A stretch of 20,000 nucleotides of DNA from an uncultured virus (IMG/VR IMGVR_UViG_3300031857_013780) (Duplodnaviria; Heunggongvirae; Uroviricota; Caudoviricetes). The stretch spans positions 52,390-72,389 of IMG/VR virus record IMGVR_UViG_3300031857_013780, one strand, 5' to 3'. The notes below the pieces were generated by a model. It was not told the origin of the DNA, did no database searches, and worked only from the letters and a program-made list of their open reading frames with translations. The position numbers and the translations under genes are program-made. Of this stretch, positions 17,295-20,000 are shown in pieces (position 1 is the stretch's first letter; each line of letters starts with the position of its first letter).

Positions 17295-19286
17295 TTACCT
17301 AATCATTTTTCTAATACTTCCGTCGTCATAAATTTCAATAACAAGTCCCTTTGTGTAATCAGGATTCACTTCTTGACCCATTAAATTTATATATTTTACA
17401 ATTTTCTTTTCAGTAATTGTTTTTGTTACTAATATTGGTCCGTAAGTTTTAAACACACCATCTATATCAAATTGTTGTAATCTATAATATGTCACAGGAT
17501 TTAAGTTATAATCAATATAAGAGTATTTAATTTCTTCTGTTGAATTTCCTGCCGCATATTTTGTTGTGATTTTTCTCCAATTCTCACCATCTGTACTTGA
17601 TTCTAAATCAAAATGACTTGAGTTATTTTCACTTGCAGTTGTCCATTTAACAACATTCCACTGAGGGTATCCAAATGATTCAAATTGTGTTAGTTCTACA
17701 GGTAATGAAATAGGGTTAGATATTCTTATTGTATATTCTTCTATTTCTCCATAACCATAACCTAACGAATAATACGCATCAATATCAGGTGTACTATTCC
17801 ATACAGATAATACTCTCATTAAAACGTCACCTGTTACAGCATCTGAAGGTATTGTTACAAGTTGTGATGTAGAATTTGCCGTTGCTTTTAATAAAACATT
17901 TTCTGTTGTTTGTAAGACACCGTCACCATTCCAATCAATCCAAGCAGCATAACCTTGACCTGGATTTAAAGTGTTTGCTGCAGTTACGGATAAATTATAA
18001 GGTTCACCTTTTGTAACATTTGCAATTATTGAGGTGTAATCCGAATAAGCATCTCCATCATTAGTTGTTGTATTATTTATATCATTAAAAGTGACATTTG
18101 TTATGTGATCTCCGTCAACAATTCCTGATGAATATGGTGGAGCACTTTTAAGTGTTATATTTACAATATTAGAAACACCAGACGGACAAGTACCGTCTTT
18201 TGATGTTGTTCTAAAATATACGTTTGCTTCTTGTACGTTTAATTGAATGTTGTACGGATTTGCGGGGTTTGTAACACTACCGTCTACTGTTGTAAAATTA
18301 TCAAATGACCACTCGATTTTTGTTATTGACCCACCATTTCCGGTAGTCGTTAAAGAAACCCCATCATTAACTGTTGTTAAACTTTTATTAGTACTTAATG
18401 TTCCTCCATTTGTTGGTGTTGTACATACCGTAACAGATGTTACAGTTGCTTGGAAACCAACCCTAATACCACTAATATCTGAAGTAAACCTTAATGTAAG
18501 TTGTCCTGAAGCATTTTCAGCAGTAATAGTTGCAGGTAATGATGTGCCATTTAATGTTGCAAGTAAGGGAGAACTTGTATTTGGCCCATCATAAACATAT
18601 AAGAAATCATAAACCGCCTCTACGTTGAATGATGAAAAATCTAATTGTAATTTTTTTGTATTGTCAGATGGTGTTAAAGTTACTGTTTGATCTAAATTAT
18701 TATTGTATGTGTCAGTAGGTCCACCGGCATCAGTTATTGTATATGTAAGTGTAGAGGTTAAAGTCTGACTACAATTCCCTAAAAATGGTATTAGTGTATT
18801 TTGATTTGTTACAGTTGATGTAATACCTAAATCATCAACATATCTTTCGTGTGCACCTGATGCTCTACCATCTAAAAGTCTTATAAAAACATTTGTAAGA
18901 CCTAAAGCACCAATATTTAAAGTATATTGTTGATATGTTGTTGTTGGTGCTGTTACTGTACCCCTTGTTGTCCATGTTGTTCCGTCAGGTGATGTTTGAA
19001 CATTTAAAGTCCAAGCAGTTGAGTTACTACTTCTTCTATACCAAAAAGAAAGAACCCCAGGATTTGCAATTTGTGGTGTTCTAATCCAATCTCCGGTACC
19101 ATTAAATCCTGCGGCATAATTACCGGTTCTAGTTGGTGAAGTCGATGCAAGTATGGAATTTACACCCCATGTACCTCCTTGTGTTGTTAATGTACTTGTA
19201 AAACTTTCGTAAATTAAATATTGATTACATTGTGATTTTACCCCCAAAGAAATTAGAAGTGTTAGAATAAAAAACAGTTTTTTCAT
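17295..19286 (-). CDS. Secreted CUB + GEVED + Ig-like protein with T9SS-type C-terminal sorting tail
   Basis: Signal peptide MKKLFFILTLLISLGVKS|Q; CUB (Y.NN...LDFSSFNVE..YDFLYVYDG...LRFTSD); GEVED (AWIDWNGDG...GEIEEY); LPVEL..F/WTTASE.N/YYRL.Q.D.DG block; tail YINLMGQEV...IEIYDDG..RK. Confidence 0.85.
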   Translation of the reverse strand: MKKLFFILTLLISLGVKSQCNQYLIYESFTSTLTTQGGTWGVNSILASTSPTRTGNYAAGFNGTGDWIRTPQIANPGVLSFWYRRSSNSTAWTLNVQTSPDGTTWTTRGTVTAPTTTYQQYTLNIGALGLTNVFIRLLDGRASGAHERYVDDLGITSTVTNQNTLIPFLGNCSQTLTSTLTYTITDAGGPTDTYNNNLDQTVTLTPSDNTKKLQLDFSSFNVEAVYDFLYVYDGPNTSSPLLATLNGTSLPATITAENASGQLTLRFTSDISGIRVGFQATVTSVTVCTTPTNGGTLSTNKSLTTVNDGVSLTTTGNGGSITKIEWSFDNFTTVDGSVTNPANPYNIQLNVQEANVYFRTTSKDGTCPSGVSNIVNITLKSAPPYSSGIVDGDHITNVTFNDINNTTTNDGDAYSDYTSIIANVTKGEPYNLSVTAANTLNPGQGYAAWIDWNGDGVLQTTENVLLKATANSTSQLVTIPSDAVTGDVLMRVLSVWNSTPDIDAYYSLGYGYGEIEEYTIRISNPISLPVELTQFESFGYPQWNVVKWTTASENNSSHFDLESSTDGENWRKITTKYAAGNSTEEIKYSYIDYNLNPVTYYRLQQFDIDGVFKTYGPILVTKTITEKKIVKYINLMGQEVNPDYTKGLVIEIYDDGSIRKMIR

Positions 19287-19311
19287 TAAAGTATTTTTTT
19301 AAAAATAAGAT

Positions 19312-19337
19312 TTCCCCTATAAATAAATATAGGGGAA
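19312..19337. promoter_or_regulatory. Perfect 10-bp inverted repeat (terminator- or operator-like) overlapping a minus-sense TATTTATA
   Basis: TTCCCCTATA-aataaa-TATAGGGGAA; on the minus strand it is followed by ATCTTATTTTT, 25 nt before ATG 19286. Confidence 0.55.
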
Positions 19338-19397
19338 CTACTTATTGGTCAACCATTTTAATGTGTAAATGAATATTTGTGGGGAAATCTTTTATAT

Positions 19398-19496
19398 TTA
19401 CACTCCTATAATGATTATCTTGAATACTGTTGTTATTGAAAACACGGTCATAAAGACTAAAGAGAACAATTTTAGATTATCTAAAAACTTTTTCAT
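19398..19496 (-). CDS. Small single-TM peptide (32 aa), absent from the ORF track
   Basis: Hand translation: MKKFLDNLKLFSLVFMTVFSITTVFKIIIIGV. The ATG lies 1 nt after the protease stop (TAA-T-ATG). Confidence 0.6.
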   Translation of the reverse strand: MKKFLDNLKLFSLVFMTVFSITTVFKIIIIGV

Positions 19497-19497
19497 A

Positions 19498-19998
19498 TTA
19501 ATTTTTGTATATTTTTTTGATTATTAAATTATTGCTAACAACAAAGTAGAATCCAGGTAATGCGTTTTCTATGTTTGTTATTTTACCATTTATATCAATT
19601 ACTGTCACATCTGATAAGTCATCACCTAAAGTTACTTTATCTTTGTTATCCCACCCGAAGTGATTTCCATTTCCACCTTGATTACCGTTGTTTCCTCCAC
19701 CTTGTCCAGGGTTAGAACCATCTACACCGTCAGCGTCGTTACCATGACCGTTATTTCCGTCTTCTACTTCTTGAATCATATTCCATACTGTTTGAACTGC
19801 CAATCCTGAGTTTAATCTTCCTGAACCTATTTTACCAATATAGTTTGGATTTAAAATATCTATGTTAGTTGCCGTTAATCTTAAAATTGAATCTATTTCT
19901 TGATTTGTTAAATCAGGTTTAACAGATAACATAAGAGCCACAGTTCCTGTAACGTAAGGTGCTGCGAATGATGTTCCTGAAGAATTCAAATACCATCC
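19498..19998 (-). CDS. S8 subtilisin-like serine protease, C-terminal part (start outside window), with a short T9SS-like tail
   Basis: Catalytic Ser motif SGTSFAAPYVTG.VALM and G.GRLN; frame open to the window edge (GWYLNSSGTS); tail VIDING...PGFYFV...KKI. Confidence 0.88.
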   Translation of the reverse strand, partial: GWYLNSSGTSFAAPYVTGTVALMLSVKPDLTNQEIDSILRLTATNIDILNPNYIGKIGSGRLNSGLAVQTVWNMIQEVEDGNNGHGNDADGVDGSNPGQGGGNNGNQGGNGNHFGWDNKDKVTLGDDLSDVTVIDINGKITNIENALPGFYFVVSNNLIIKKIYKN

Positions 19999-20000
19999 TG

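Noticed and set aside
750..18594. Antisense or alternate-frame ORFs in the track (750-956, 1439-1672, 3704-3901, 5020-5447, 6941-7132, 9787-10578, 11011-12635, 13456-13638, 15448-15980, 16197-16537, 18247-18594)
   Set aside because: They are shadows of well-supported genes, carry no motifs, and have the composition typical of reverse-frame translations.
19987..19989. TTG start for the protease
   Set aside because: It lies just before the catalytic Ser; the Asp and His of the triad must be upstream, and the frame is open to the edge.
1..20000. Stop-codon reassignment, as seen in some large phages
   Set aside because: Genes are intact under code 11; TAG (6885, 12425) and TGA (6254, 9774, 13986) end genes at sensible boundaries.
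1..20000. CRISPR arrays, tRNA/rRNA genes, IS elements, introns or inteins
   Set aside because: Almost no non-coding space, no spaced repeats or cloverleafs, and no transposase, homing-endonuclease or splice motifs were seen.

Overview
AT-rich, very densely coding window that reads as a segment of a large T4-like or 'huge' tailed-phage genome, probably infecting Bacteroidota (inference). The + strand (1-16126) carries, in order: a soluble nucleotide-sugar and glycan cassette (Gmd, GT4-like, fucosyltransferase-like, methyltransferase, SDR epimerase, RmlC-like, RmlD-like); PhoH; a degenerate HAD/NT5C-like protein; two more glycosyltransferases; a gp55-like sigma factor; then probable virion genes, including a gp5-like spike with a C-terminal HxH motif and a DNRLRE-like protein. 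The - strand (16123-20000) carries a truncated S8 protease, an unannotated 32-aa membrane peptide, a structured spacer, a signal-peptide/CUB/GEVED protein with a T9SS-type tail, a membrane protein and a small basic protein. The most unusual signals are: two convergent genes sharing an N-terminal leader (MNINxIxxKxxKE...SSRY) that seem to carry complementary halves of one viral domain; T9SS-type cargo genes in a phage context; an attenuator-like leader with mutually exclusive helices; and a sense-strand TATTTATA motif before likely late genes. All family assignments come from motif recognition by eye; no searches were run.
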